Source: a virus
Taxonomy: Duplodnaviria; Caudoviricetes
Virus record (IMG/VR): IMGVR_UViG_3300006790_000041
Span: 1 to 40,315 of that record
Direction: 5' to 3' (one strand)
DNA: 40,315 nucleotides
In this document: positions 16,213 to 25,630 of the stretch, piece after piece
How positions within the stretch are numbered: the stretch's first letter is position 1
How the letters are laid out: every line of letters starts with the position of its first letter
Position numbers and translations under genes: made by a program
Notes under the pieces: generated by a model
What the model saw: only the letters and a program-made list of their open reading frames with translations
Told to the model about the DNA's origin: nothing
Databases searched by the model: none

Positions 16213-17222
16213 AGACACTCGGCGAGGTTGTGACGTGGTGGCTGTCGCGCATCGAGGGCGACAAGGCTCGGTCGGAGAAGTACCGCCGCAGTATGGGCAG
16301 CCTGATGCGAAAGCACGTGCTGCCGCGTGTGGGTAAGGTGGCGCTGCGCAAGGTTGACCGGGTGCTGCTGGATGACAAGCTGGTGTTCCCGATGCATCAG
16401 GAGCTGGCGCCACGCTCGGTGCAGAAGGCCCTGCAGGCGCTGGGGCAAGCGTTCCGCATGGCCGAGGGGCAGGGGCGGATCGCTTCAAACCCGCTGGCCG
16501 GGGTCACGTTCCGCGATTTCTACAAGGGCAAGCTGAGGCCGAAGCCGGCGGCGCTGTCGCGTGTTGACATGCAGGAGCTGGTGCCGCACCTGGCGGCGGT
16601 GTTCCGGGCTGACCCTGCCAAGGGCATGCTGCCGCTGATGATGCTGGCGCATGGCACCCGGATATCCGAGACGCTGCAGGCCCGGTGGTCGCATGTGTCG
16701 CTGGATGAGCGGGTATGGGTGATCCCTGAATCGAACACCAAGAGCCGGCGCGAGCATGTGTTGCCACTGACCCCGCAGGTGCTGGCGCTGCTGCAGCGGT
16801 ACCGGGAGGCGTTGCCAGACCCACGACTCAAGGCCGCGTGGCTGTTCCCGGTGCGTGGTGGGGAGCGGATGGCCGACACCAGCGCCCACGCCCTGATGCG
16901 CCAGGTGAGCGGGCGGAAGTGGACAAGCCACGACCTGCGCAAGTTGATGCGCTCCAGCCTGGCTGACATTGGCGTTGACCACATGGTGGGCGAGCTGCTG
17001 ATCAACCACACCCTGGGCGTAACCGCTGAAACCTACCTGACCCGCGATGCAATGGAGCGTCGGCGGGAGGCGCTGGAGCGGTGGCATAACCGGCTGGATG
17101 AGCTGGGATTTGCTGAAGCACACGGCGCAAAAGTGGCTGTTCCTGCATTTCTGCCAAATGGCGCAACCCCAGAGCAGGCGGGCGATTGCGCCGAATCCTG
17201 CGTTTCTACACGGAGAGGATGA
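16209..17222 (+). CDS. Second tyrosine recombinase (no arm-binding N-terminal domain)
   Basis: GTRISE (R), NTKS (K), HDLRK (HxxR), INH (H), ETYL (Y). Confidence 0.9.
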   Translation: MKTLGEVVTWWLSRIEGDKARSEKYRRSMGSLMRKHVLPRVGKVALRKVDRVLLDDKLVFPMHQELAPRSVQKALQALGQAFRMAEGQGRIASNPLAGVTFRDFYKGKLRPKPAALSRVDMQELVPHLAAVFRADPAKGMLPLMMLAHGTRISETLQARWSHVSLDERVWVIPESNTKSRREHVLPLTPQVLALLQRYREALPDPRLKAAWLFPVRGGERMADTSAHALMRQVSGRKWTSHDLRKLMRSSLADIGVDHMVGELLINHTLGVTAETYLTRDAMERRREALERWHNRLDELGFAEAHGAKVAVPAFLPNGATPEQAGDCAESCVSTRRG

Positions 17223-17226
17223 AGAT

Positions 17227-17580
17227 ATGCGGAAACAGGCCTCAGCTGTGACGAAGATGCAGGCGCTTGGACGCCTCAAGGCAGGCAAGCAGAACAAGAC
17301 TGAGGCCGCGTATGACCGTCACTTGGCAGTGCTTCAGGCCGCTGGTGAGGTGGCTTGGTACAAGTTCGAAGGCATCAAGCTGCGGTTGGCTGACAACACC
17401 TTCTACTCGCCTGACTTCGCGGTGATGCGCGCGGATGGGTTGATGGAGATTCACGAGGTGAAGGGCTTCTGGACTGATGACGCCAGGGTGAAGATCAAGG
17501 TGGCCGCTGAACAGTACCCGTTCGTTTTCATCGCGGTGAAGAAGAAGGCCGCCGGCTGGGAGGTTGAGCGCTTTGACTGA
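17227..17580 (+). CDS. PD-(D/E)xK nuclease, DUF1064-like (putative resolvase)
   Basis: FYSPDFAV...IHEVKGFW. Confidence 0.8.
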   Translation: MRKQASAVTKMQALGRLKAGKQNKTEAAYDRHLAVLQAAGEVAWYKFEGIKLRLADNTFYSPDFAVMRADGLMEIHEVKGFWTDDARVKIKVAAEQYPFVFIAVKKKAAGWEVERFD

Positions 17581-17776
17581 TCGCGTCGAGTGGGAGCGGA
17601 TCGAGCCAGGGCTTGATCTATGGGAGACCTGCGACGGATACCGTCGCACGGTTGAGGTAATGCGGGGTGAGCGGGTGTTTGTGGTCAATGGTCCAGGCGG
17701 TGCGCTGCTGTTCACCAGCCCAGACCCTGATCAGTTGGACAAGTGCGTGGCTATCCATCGTAAGGAGCAAGCGTGA
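17564..17776 (+). CDS. Hypothetical phage protein
   Basis: Overlapping operon packing. Confidence 0.55.
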   Translation: MSALTDRVEWERIEPGLDLWETCDGYRRTVEVMRGERVFVVNGPGGALLFTSPDPDQLDKCVAIHRKEQA

Positions 17777-18066
17777 CAAGTCGGCGTGACATGGTGGAGC
17801 CGGAAGCGTGCAAGGCATGCAACGGCAAAGGCACAACGATGGGCATTTTCCATCAGTTGGACTGCATTGCCTGCGATGGCATCGGCTGGCTGCCGGTGGC
17901 GGGACAGGATCTGGCCCAGCAGCTCGGGCGGCAACTGACCCGGCAGATTGCTCGGGCCAACATCCTGCAGGCGCTGGTGCAGTCCCGCGGCGGTGCCCAG
18001 GGTGCAGAGCGTGATTATCAGCCCAGCCGGCGCGATGGCGTGCTCGGCCACTACACGGGGGATTGA
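17773..18066 (+). CDS. CxxCxGxG zinc-finger protein
   Basis: CKACNGKG...CIACDGIG. Confidence 0.7.
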   Translation: MTSRRDMVEPEACKACNGKGTTMGIFHQLDCIACDGIGWLPVAGQDLAQQLGRQLTRQIARANILQALVQSRGGAQGAERDYQPSRRDGVLGHYTGD

Positions 18067-18069
18067 TCC

Positions 18070-18594
18070 ATGATCTACAGAGACGCAGGCCATTGCATTG
18101 CGCGGGTGATGTCGATCGAGACCAACGATGGCACGGCAAAGGCGGGTTGGCAGATGCGGTATCAGTCGGGCTTTCCTGAAACGCGGGGTGAAGGGTCAGG
18201 GCTGAGTGCTGAGGAACGGCTTACCCAGGACGCCATGACGCGGGGAATGCTGCACAGGGAGCTGAGCGAGCTGCAATGGAATGTGCTGGTGGCCAAGTAC
18301 TCGATCAATGACCTTGAGGTGGCCGAGGCGGTGCGGTGGCTGATACCCCGAGTTGAGTCGCCAGCGCACAGGCTGTTCGTGACCAAGGCGGTGACAGCTT
18401 GGGCGGTGCCAAATCGGCTACCCGAGGCGTTCTATGTACTGCATAGCTGGGATGCGGACGGCACGCCAGAGCGGACATTGCGCCATTGGCGACAGATGAT
18501 TAATCGCTGGCTGGGCAAGAGTGTTGACAGCGCATTCAGTGCTACTGAGGTTGCGCTGAGAGAAAGCGGGTTGCTGACTGATAAAGCTGCTTGA
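18070..18594 (+). CDS. Putative late-gene regulator (Q-position antiterminator)
   Basis: Last early gene, directly before a promoter, terminator and holin. Confidence 0.55.
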   Translation: MIYRDAGHCIARVMSIETNDGTAKAGWQMRYQSGFPETRGEGSGLSAEERLTQDAMTRGMLHRELSELQWNVLVAKYSINDLEVAEAVRWLIPRVESPAHRLFVTKAVTAWAVPNRLPEAFYVLHSWDADGTPERTLRHWRQMINRWLGKSVDSAFSATEVALRESGLLTDKAA

Positions 18595-18619
18595 CAGTCT
18601 CGCCATCTTGCCGCACGAT
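18591..18619 (+). promoter_or_regulatory. Putative late promoter (PR'-like)
   Basis: TTGACA-17-CACGAT. Confidence 0.55.
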
Positions 18620-18649
18620 TAACCAATCTGCGGTTTTACCGCTCCGAAG

Positions 18650-18676
18650 AACCCGTCCAATGAGGCGGGTTTTTTT
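18650..18676 (+). terminator. tR'-like terminator
   Basis: AACCCGTC...GGCGGGTT stem running into a T7 tract, just after the late promoter. Confidence 0.75.
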
Positions 18677-18882
18677 ATGTCCGAATATCAGCGCCAACCC
18701 TGGCATTTGCCTGACCCCCATCAGGCCTTTTTATTCCAGCTTTCCAGCCACCGCACCACGCCTTCGTTCCCCGACGGGCTGTGACAGTGCGCGTGGCTGG
18801 GATCAAACGTCACTCCTGCATGACCACGGACGGCTCGCCAATGGGCCAAGCCCGGGAACCTACCAACATGAGGAATCAATCC

Positions 18883-19254
18883 ATGAGCGAGCCGGCATCA
18901 ACAGCGCTGGCTGGCTTCGGTCTGACCAAGATCGCTGGCTTCCTGTTCGGCGCTACCTTCGCGGCCATTGTTGTCATGGCCATGACGCAGCCAAAGAGCA
19001 CGCGGGAATGGGTGGTGGCCCTGATCTGCACTGTGTTCGCTTCGGTGTGTGGTGGTGCTGGTCTGGTGCAGTGGCTTGACCTGCACGCATGGGCTGACCA
19101 GTTCGAAGGAATGGTTGCCCTGATTGGCCTGTGTTTCGTGTGCGGTTTGCCTGCATGGGTGTTCGTGCGTGCATGGTTTGCCTATGCCGACAAGCGTCAG
19201 CAGATGACCCTGCTGGATATGATCAAAGAGATTCGTGAGGCGCTGGGGCGGTAA
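18883..19254 (+). CDS. Putative holin
   Basis: Three hydrophobic segments and a charged C-terminus; first late gene. Confidence 0.7.
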   Translation: MSEPASTALAGFGLTKIAGFLFGATFAAIVVMAMTQPKSTREWVVALICTVFASVCGGAGLVQWLDLHAWADQFEGMVALIGLCFVCGLPAWVFVRAWFAYADKRQQMTLLDMIKEIREALGR

Positions 19255-19646
19255 TGGGTGTCAGGCCCAGCAAGCCATGCGCTTGGCCAGGCTGCAGGGC
19301 GCTGGTGTCCGGTGGCAGTCACTGCCAGTTGCACGCGCCCATGGCAGCAGAGCGCCGTTCACAGCAACTGAAGCGGGCGCATAAGCAGTACAACACGCGC
19401 CGCGATGACTCTGACGGCTTCTACAAGACCGAGCGCTGGCGCAAGTTCAGGGCTGTCTACCTCAAGCGGCACCCGCTGTGCTGCGAGTGTGAGGCGGCAG
19501 GCAGGGTTACAGCCGCAGTCATCGTTGACCACATCAAGCCATACAAGACGCACCCAGAGCTTGGGCTGTCGTGGGATAACGTGCGCGCCCTGTGTCGGCC
19601 ATGCCACAACAGGATCGGTGCCAAGGTCGGGCTGACCGGCGCGTGA
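19254..19646 (+). CDS. HNH endonuclease (HK97 gp74-like terminase cofactor)
   Basis: HPLCCEC...VDHIKP...NVRALCRPCHN; directly upstream of cos/terS. Confidence 0.9.
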   Translation: MGVRPSKPCAWPGCRALVSGGSHCQLHAPMAAERRSQQLKRAHKQYNTRRDDSDGFYKTERWRKFRAVYLKRHPLCCECEAAGRVTAAVIVDHIKPYKTHPELGLSWDNVRALCRPCHNRIGAKVGLTGA

Positions 19647-19714
19647 TGACGCACCAAAGCGGTGCCAGATTAGAGATTTAAGCTAAAGCATGAAGAGTGC
19701 TCTGGCCGGCGCCG

Positions 19715-19800
19715 TCGAGGGGGAGGGGGAGGGTCAAAAGTTCAGGCTCTGACGTTCCCGAACGACGGGGGGAACCGTTTTTATGTTTCCGCAAAATTCG
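19715..19800. other. Probable cos region
   Basis: Non-coding G-rich GGGGAGGGGGAGGGTCAAAAG...GACGGGGGGAACCG between HNH and terS, the usual position in HK97-like cos phages. Confidence 0.45.
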
Positions 19801-19813
19801 CATTCCGGAAATT

Positions 19814-20194
19814 ATGGCCAGACCACGCAAACCAACCAACGTCCTTGAGGCATCAGGCGCGTTCCGAAAGGACCCGCAACGCCGTCGCCAGGACGCTGAA
19901 ACCGTTGGGCCTCTGACCAAAGCGCCCGCGCATCTTGGTGGTGGCGTCCTGCATGCTTGGAACGAGATCAGTAAGTTCGCGCCGCGTGATGTGCTGAGTG
20001 ACTCCGACCGGATTGCGCTGGAGGTGGCGGCAAACCTGCTCGCCCAGTTTCGCGAAGACCCGACAGAGTTTCCGGCGACCAAGCTGGTCAGGCTTGAGGC
20101 GCTGCTCGGCAAGTTCGGCATGACGCCGGCCGACCGGGCCAAGGTCGGCGGCAAGAAGGAAAAGCCGAAAGGCAACCCGTTTGAGTCTCTCTGA
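19814..20194 (+). CDS. terS: Terminase small subunit (P27-like)
   Basis: MARPRKPT...LGKFGMTPADRAKV. Confidence 0.88.
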   Translation: MARPRKPTNVLEASGAFRKDPQRRRQDAETVGPLTKAPAHLGGGVLHAWNEISKFAPRDVLSDSDRIALEVAANLLAQFREDPTEFPATKLVRLEALLGKFGMTPADRAKVGGKKEKPKGNPFESL

Positions 20195-21906
20195 TGGCAG
20201 CAAAAGCAAAGCCGCCCGGCGTGAAGGCTGCCGAGGCATACGCGCGTGCCGTCGTTGCGGGGAAGGTGCCGGCCTGCAAGTGGATCAAGCTGGCGTGCAA
20301 ACGTCACCTCGATGACCTGAAGGCGTCGAAGGCCAAGGACTTTCCGTACACCTTCGACCCGGTAAAGGCTGAGCGAGTAGCCAAGTTCCTGCAGCTGCTG
20401 CCGCACACCAAGGGGCGCTGGGCCAGTAAGCGCGAGAACATCAAGCTGGAGCCGTGGCAGCTGTTCTCGATCTGTATCCCGTTTGGGTGGATCCGCAAGA
20501 AGGACGGCACCAGGCGCTACCGAACCATTGTGATCTTCGTGCCGCGGAAGAACGGCAAGTCGATCATCGGCGGTGGCATCGGGATCTACATGTTCACCGC
20601 TGACGGCGAGTTCGGTGCCGAGGTTTACAGCGGCGCCACCACCGAGAAGCAGGCCTGGGAAGTATTTCGCCCTGCCAAGCTGATGGTCGAGCGCACGCCA
20701 GACCTCAAGGATTTTTACGGCGTCGACGTGAATGCGTCGAACATGTGCAGGACTGAGGACGGCTCCCGATTTGAGCCTGTGATTGGCAAGCCCGGAGACG
20801 GCAGTTCGCCGTCCTGCGCCATCGTGGATGAGTACCACGAGCACCAGGACAGCACGTTGTTCGACACCATGGAAACGGGCATGGGCTCCCGCGAGCAACC
20901 GGTGATGCTGGTTATCACCACCGCTGGCTCAAGCATTGGCGGCCCGTGTCACCAGTTGGTGCGCGATGCCGAGCGCATGCTGGAAGGCGCGATCGACCGG
21001 CCCGACCTCTGGGCGATGCTCTACACCATCGACAAGGACGACGACTGGACTGACGAGAAGGCGCTGATCAAGGCCAACCCGAACTACGGGGTCTCGATCA
21101 GTGCGGACTTCCTGCAGGCCCGCCAGCGTGACGCCATGCAGTCAGCGGCCAAGCAGGCCACGTTTCGCACCAAGCACCTGAATGAATGGGTCGGCGCCAA
21201 GAACGCCTGGCTCAACATGCTGCGCTGGAAGGAAGCCCCGCCGCGCAAGTCGCTTGCAGAACTGGAAGGGCGGCCTTGCATCATCGGCCTGGACCTTGCC
21301 AGCAAGATCGACATTGCCGGCTTGCTGCTCGTGTTCCCGCCCGTCGAAGGCGACCCGGTCTGGCACGTGCACGGTCGGTACTACCTGCCAGAGGCGCGGG
21401 TGGTTGAGGAGCTTGACAGCAACACCGCGCGCTATCGCGAGTTCGATGCGCTCGGGCTGCTGACACTGACCGACGGCGAGGTCATCGAGTACGAGGTCAT
21501 CAAGGAAGATCTGCGCGAGTTCGCCGGCCGCTTCGACGTGCTCGAGGTCGCCTATGACCCGTGGCAGGCCACCCAGCTCGGGCAGGAAATGCAGGCCGAA
21601 GGGCTTCTGATGGTCGAGGTTCGCCAGACCGTCCAGAACCTCAGCGAGCCCATGAAGGAAGTGGAAGCGCTGGTGCTGCAGAAGAAGCTGGCCCACGGCG
21701 ACTGCCCGATCCTCACTTGGATGGCCAGCAACGTCGTCGCCAAGCTGGACGCGAAGGACAACATCTACCCGAACAAAGAGCGCCCCGAGAACAAGATCGA
21801 CGGGATCGTGGCGCTCATCACGGCTATGTGCCGCGCCATCTCTCCGGAGGAGGCGGGGCCAGACCTGTCTAAACACATCATGGAACACGGGGTTCGCACG
21901 CTATGA
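20194..21906 (+). CDS. terL: Terminase large subunit
   Basis: LEPWQ, Walker A VPRKNGKS, Walker B IVDEYH, GLDLAS, KIDG. Confidence 0.97.
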   Translation: MAAKAKPPGVKAAEAYARAVVAGKVPACKWIKLACKRHLDDLKASKAKDFPYTFDPVKAERVAKFLQLLPHTKGRWASKRENIKLEPWQLFSICIPFGWIRKKDGTRRYRTIVIFVPRKNGKSIIGGGIGIYMFTADGEFGAEVYSGATTEKQAWEVFRPAKLMVERTPDLKDFYGVDVNASNMCRTEDGSRFEPVIGKPGDGSSPSCAIVDEYHEHQDSTLFDTMETGMGSREQPVMLVITTAGSSIGGPCHQLVRDAERMLEGAIDRPDLWAMLYTIDKDDDWTDEKALIKANPNYGVSISADFLQARQRDAMQSAAKQATFRTKHLNEWVGAKNAWLNMLRWKEAPPRKSLAELEGRPCIIGLDLASKIDIAGLLLVFPPVEGDPVWHVHGRYYLPEARVVEELDSNTARYREFDALGLLTLTDGEVIEYEVIKEDLREFAGRFDVLEVAYDPWQATQLGQEMQAEGLLMVEVRQTVQNLSEPMKEVEALVLQKKLAHGDCPILTWMASNVVAKLDAKDNIYPNKERPENKIDGIVALITAMCRAISPEEAGPDLSKHIMEHGVRTL

Positions 21907-22067
21907 CTCAGCGTATTCGGCAAGCGCTGCCTGACGCCATCGGGCTTGCTGGCATCGCCAGTGCGACCTGCGGCGGGTGGCAGCTCTTCGGGCAGGCATG
22001 GGCCATGCTGGGGCTGGGCGTGTTCCTCGTTGCCGTATCCATCGCCGCCGCACTGAGGAAGGCCTGA
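21903..22067 (+). CDS. Small two-TM protein between terminase and portal (not in the ORF track)
   Basis: MTQRIRQALPDAIGLAGIASATCGGWQLFGQAWAMLGLGVFLVAVSIAAALRKA; ATGA and TGATG couplings. Confidence 0.7.
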   Translation: MTQRIRQALPDAIGLAGIASATCGGWQLFGQAWAMLGLGVFLVAVSIAAALRKA

Positions 22068-23257
22068 TGTTCTCCAGCCTGTTCAGAAAAGAGACGCAGA
22101 TCCTCGACACGCCGGAGAAGATCGCCGCGGCGCTGCAGGACTACCAGACGGTAACGGGCCAAACCGTGACCACATCGCGCGCCATGCAGATGAGTACCGT
22201 GTTCGGCTGCGTCCGAGTGTTGGCGGAGTCAGTTGGCATGTTGCCCTGCAAGCTGTACCAGGAGGCAGGCAGAGAGCGGAAGGTTGCCACCACCCACAAG
22301 ACGCATCAGCTCATCAGTGTCGCGCCAAACGGCTACATGACAGCCCAAGAGTTCTGGGAGCTGCTGGTTGCCTGCCTGTGCTTGCGCGGCAACTTCTACG
22401 CCTACAAGGTCATGGCGCTCGGGCAGGTGCAGGAGCTGCTGCCAATCAACCCTGGGTCTGTTAAGCCAAAGCTGAACGACGATTGGACAGTCAGCTACGA
22501 AGTGACGTTCAAGAGCGGCGAGACCAAGACGCTCACACAAGATGAGATCTGGCACGTTCGCCTGTTCACGCTGGACGGCCTCAACGGACTTAACCCGATT
22601 GCCTATGCCCGACAAGCGATTGCGCTGGGCCTGTCAACCGAAGAGCACGGCAGCCGTCTGTTTACCAACGGGGCCGTGACTACCGGCGTACTGAAAACAG
22701 AGCAGACGCTGACCGACGAAGCCTTTGGCCGGCTCAAGAAGCAGTTTCACGAAGAGCACGCAGGTGTAGCCAACACCTACAAGCCAATGATTCTTGAGAT
22801 GGGCCTCGACTGGAAGCCGATCAGCCTCAATGCAGAGGACAGCCAGTTCCTCGAAACGCGCAAGTATCAGCGTGACGAGATCTGCGCCATCTTCCGGGTG
22901 CCGCCGCACTTGGTCGCCAACCTCGAAAAGGCCACATTCAACAACGTTGAGAACCTTGGCTTGGCGTTTGTGAACTACTCGCTGGTGCCGTATCTCACCC
23001 GCATCGAGCACCGCATCAAAGTCGGCTTGCTCAAGCAGGCCGACCAAGGCAAGCACTACGCCAAGTTCAATGCTGGAGCGCTGCTGCGTGGCGACCTCAA
23101 GGGGCGGTACGAATCCTACGGCAAGGGCATTCAGTGGGGCATCCTCAGCCCGAACGACTGCCGCGAAAACGAAGACCTGAACCCGCGAGAAGGCGGCGAT
23201 ATCTACCTGACCCCAATGAATATGACTACCAAGCCGGAGGCAAACGATGCCGACTAA
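22067..23257 (+). CDS. Portal protein, HK97 family
   Basis: VFGCVRVLAESVGMLP, GLNPI, EDSQFLETRK, IFRVPP. Confidence 0.96.
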   Translation: MFSSLFRKETQILDTPEKIAAALQDYQTVTGQTVTTSRAMQMSTVFGCVRVLAESVGMLPCKLYQEAGRERKVATTHKTHQLISVAPNGYMTAQEFWELLVACLCLRGNFYAYKVMALGQVQELLPINPGSVKPKLNDDWTVSYEVTFKSGETKTLTQDEIWHVRLFTLDGLNGLNPIAYARQAIALGLSTEEHGSRLFTNGAVTTGVLKTEQTLTDEAFGRLKKQFHEEHAGVANTYKPMILEMGLDWKPISLNAEDSQFLETRKYQRDEICAIFRVPPHLVANLEKATFNNVENLGLAFVNYSLVPYLTRIEHRIKVGLLKQADQGKHYAKFNAGALLRGDLKGRYESYGKGIQWGILSPNDCRENEDLNPREGGDIYLTPMNMTTKPEANDAD

Positions 23258-23897
23258 ACAGCGTCTCGATATTCCGCTGACCGTAAAGAGTGTTAGCGAG
23301 AGCGGGGAGTTTGAAGGCTACGGCTCCGTGTTCGGCGTCAAAGACTCCTATTCCGACATCGTGGTGCCGGGCGCCTTCCAGAAGTCGCTGGCCAACTGGC
23401 GCGAAAAGAAGCAACTCCCGGCCATGCTCTGGCAACACAAGATCGACGAGCCGATCGGCATCTACACCGAAATGGCCGAGGACGATATCGGCCTCAAGAT
23501 TTCCGGCCGCCTGCTGATCGATGACGACCACCTCGCCAAGCGCGCTCATGCGCACATGAAGGCCGGCAGCCTGTCCGGCCTGTCCATCGGCTACATGCTC
23601 AAGGATTGGGAATACGACAAGGATAAAGGCGCGTTTCTGCTCAAGGAGATCGACTTGTGGGAGGTGTCGCTCGTGACCTTCCCTGCAAACGATGAAGCGC
23701 GCATTTCGGAAGTGAAGTCACTGCTGGAGCGGGGCGAAGTCCCGCCGCCCAGCAAAGTGGAGCGAGCCCTTCGAGAGGTTGGGTTTTCTGTCTCCCAGTC
23801 CAAGGCCTTCATGGCCAAGGGCTACGGCGCCATCAACCAGCGCGATGCGGAAGGTGACGCCCTGGATTACCTGAAAACCCTGATGAACCACCTGTAG
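23247..23897 (+). CDS. Prohead maturation protease, HK97 family
   Basis: FEGYGSVF, MLWQH, GLSIGY, EVSLVTFPAN. Confidence 0.96.
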   Translation: MPTKQRLDIPLTVKSVSESGEFEGYGSVFGVKDSYSDIVVPGAFQKSLANWREKKQLPAMLWQHKIDEPIGIYTEMAEDDIGLKISGRLLIDDDHLAKRAHAHMKAGSLSGLSIGYMLKDWEYDKDKGAFLLKEIDLWEVSLVTFPANDEARISEVKSLLERGEVPPPSKVERALREVGFSVSQSKAFMAKGYGAINQRDAEGDALDYLKTLMNHL

Positions 23898-23906
23898 GAG
23901 GCTACC

Positions 23907-25109
23907 ATGCCCGCAGATATCCAAGATGTAAAACAGGTTGCCGATGCGCTCGGCGCCAAATTCGACGAGTTCAAGTCGAACAACGACAAGCGCATCGAAG
24001 CCATTGAAGCCGAGAAGACCAAGCTGGCTGGCACCGTTGAATCCCTCAACGAAAAGCTGAGCGAACTGGACGGCCTCAAGTCCGACCTGGAAAAAGAGAT
24101 TGCCGCCATCAAGCGCCCCGGCGCTACCGATGATAAGGCCGTCTCCGAGCACAAGACCGCATTCATGCAGTTTGTGCGCAAGGGCAAAGACGACGGCCTG
24201 GGCGAGCTGCAGGCCAAGGCGCTGCAAACCACCGTTGACGCCGACGGCGGCTACGCCGTGCCAGAGGAGCTGGACCGCTCCATCCTCGAGCTGCTGCGCG
24301 ACGAGTCGCCCATGCGTTCGGTCTGTAATCAGATCACCGTCTCCACTCCGGACTACAAGCGCCTTGTGAATCTGGGTGGCGCTGGTTCTGGTTGGGTTGG
24401 TGAGACTGATGCACGCCCGGCTACTGGCACGCCGACTCTGGCGCAGATCGCCGCGGTCATGGGTGAAATCTACGCGAACCCGCAGGCCACCCAAACCAGC
24501 CTCGATGATCTGTTCTTCGACGCTGAGGCCTGGCTGACCGCCGAGGTGGCTCGCGAGTTCGCCGAGAAGGAAGGCGCCGCGTTCCTGTTGGGTGACGGTA
24601 GCAACAAGCCGAAAGGCCTGCTGGCTTACACCCTGAGCACTGCCGGTGATGCCACTCGGACGTTCGGTGAGATCCAGAAGATCGAAACCGGCACTGCGGG
24701 CACCTTCACCTCGGATCAGCTGATCTCGCTGATCTACGCACTGAAGAAGGGCTACCGCGCCGGCGCCACCTGGATGATGCCGACCACCACGCTCTTCACC
24801 GTGCGCACCATGAAGGACTCCGAGGGTAACTACCTGTGGCGTCCGGGCCTGGAGCAGGGCGCGCCGTCGCTGCTGCTGGGCTACGGCATCACCGAGAACG
24901 AGGACATGCCGGCCGCCGCTGCCGATGCCAATGGCATCATCTTCGGCGACTTCAAGCGTGCCTACACCATCGTGGACCGCATCGGCACCCGCGTGCTGCG
25001 CGACCCCTTCACCAACAAGCCCAACGTCGGCTTCTACACCACCAAGCGCGTCGGCGGCATGCTCGTCGACAGCCAGGCGGTGAAAGTGCTGACCATGGCC
25101 GCTCCGTAA
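23907..25109 (+). CDS. Major capsid protein, HK97 family
   Basis: Coiled-coil delta domain, DGGYAVPE, FGDFKRAY, KRVGG. Confidence 0.97.
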   Translation: MPADIQDVKQVADALGAKFDEFKSNNDKRIEAIEAEKTKLAGTVESLNEKLSELDGLKSDLEKEIAAIKRPGATDDKAVSEHKTAFMQFVRKGKDDGLGELQAKALQTTVDADGGYAVPEELDRSILELLRDESPMRSVCNQITVSTPDYKRLVNLGGAGSGWVGETDARPATGTPTLAQIAAVMGEIYANPQATQTSLDDLFFDAEAWLTAEVAREFAEKEGAAFLLGDGSNKPKGLLAYTLSTAGDATRTFGEIQKIETGTAGTFTSDQLISLIYALKKGYRAGATWMMPTTTLFTVRTMKDSEGNYLWRPGLEQGAPSLLLGYGITENEDMPAAAADANGIIFGDFKRAYTIVDRIGTRVLRDPFTNKPNVGFYTTKRVGGMLVDSQAVKVLTMAAP

Positions 25110-25115
25110 TCAGGC

Positions 25116-25139
25116 GGGGCGCCTTCGGGCGCCCCTTCT
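25116..25139 (+). terminator. Hairpin/terminator after the capsid gene
   Basis: GGGGCGCC-TTCG-GGCGCCCC-TTCT. Confidence 0.65.
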
Positions 25140-25149
25140 GGAGGTAGCA

Positions 25150-25362
25150 ATGCCGAAGATTCTCGTTACCAAGCCTTTCCCGTTCGCAGTTGACGGCAAC
25201 CGCGTCGTCGCTATCGAGCAGGGAGAGCAGGAAGTTTCCGAACGCTGCGCCGTTGTTGCGGTGGAGCACTTGAAAGTAGCCAGCCTGGTTGGCGGGGTAG
25301 ACACCGATGATCGATCTGGAGCTGGTAAAAAAGCACCTGCGCGTCGAACTCGACGAGACTGA
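25150..25362 (+). CDS. Small hypothetical virion-associated protein
   Basis: GGAGG SD; position after the capsid gene. Confidence 0.7.
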   Translation: MPKILVTKPFPFAVDGNRVVAIEQGEQEVSERCAVVAVEHLKVASLVGGVDTDDRSGAGKKAPARRTRRD

Positions 25363-25630
25363 TCAGGACGATCTGATCCAGAGCTACACAGACGCCGCCA
25401 TCAACGCGTTTGAAGCGTGGACAAATCGCACGCTGGTAGCCACCGATGCAGAGCTGGACGGCGCTGCAGAGAATGCCATGGTCATCACCAAGGGCATTGA
25501 GCAGGGCGCGCTGCTGCTGATCGGGCACTGGTTCAACAATCGCGAGTCATCGCTAATCGGCGCTACGGTTTCCGAGCTGCCGCTGGCCACCAAAGCGCTC
25601 TGGCAGCCGCACCGCTGGGTGAATGTATGA
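25307..25630 (+). CDS. Head-tail connector (HK97 gp6-like)
   Basis: LELVKKHLRV...LLLIGHWFNNRE. Confidence 0.92.
   Translation: MIDLELVKKHLRVELDETDQDDLIQSYTDAAINAFEAWTNRTLVATDAELDGAAENAMVITKGIEQGALLLIGHWFNNRESSLIGATVSELPLATKALWQPHRWVNV

Noticed and set aside
18868-18885. Holin/antiholin dual start (MRNQSM)
   Set aside because: The upstream ATG lacks an SD, and the intervening bases are the SD of the second ATG; weak support
19717-19733. G-quadruplex
   Set aside because: Only three close G runs; better explained as cos-proximal sequence
19678-20898. 406-aa antisense ORF
   Set aside because: Antisense shadow of terS/terL
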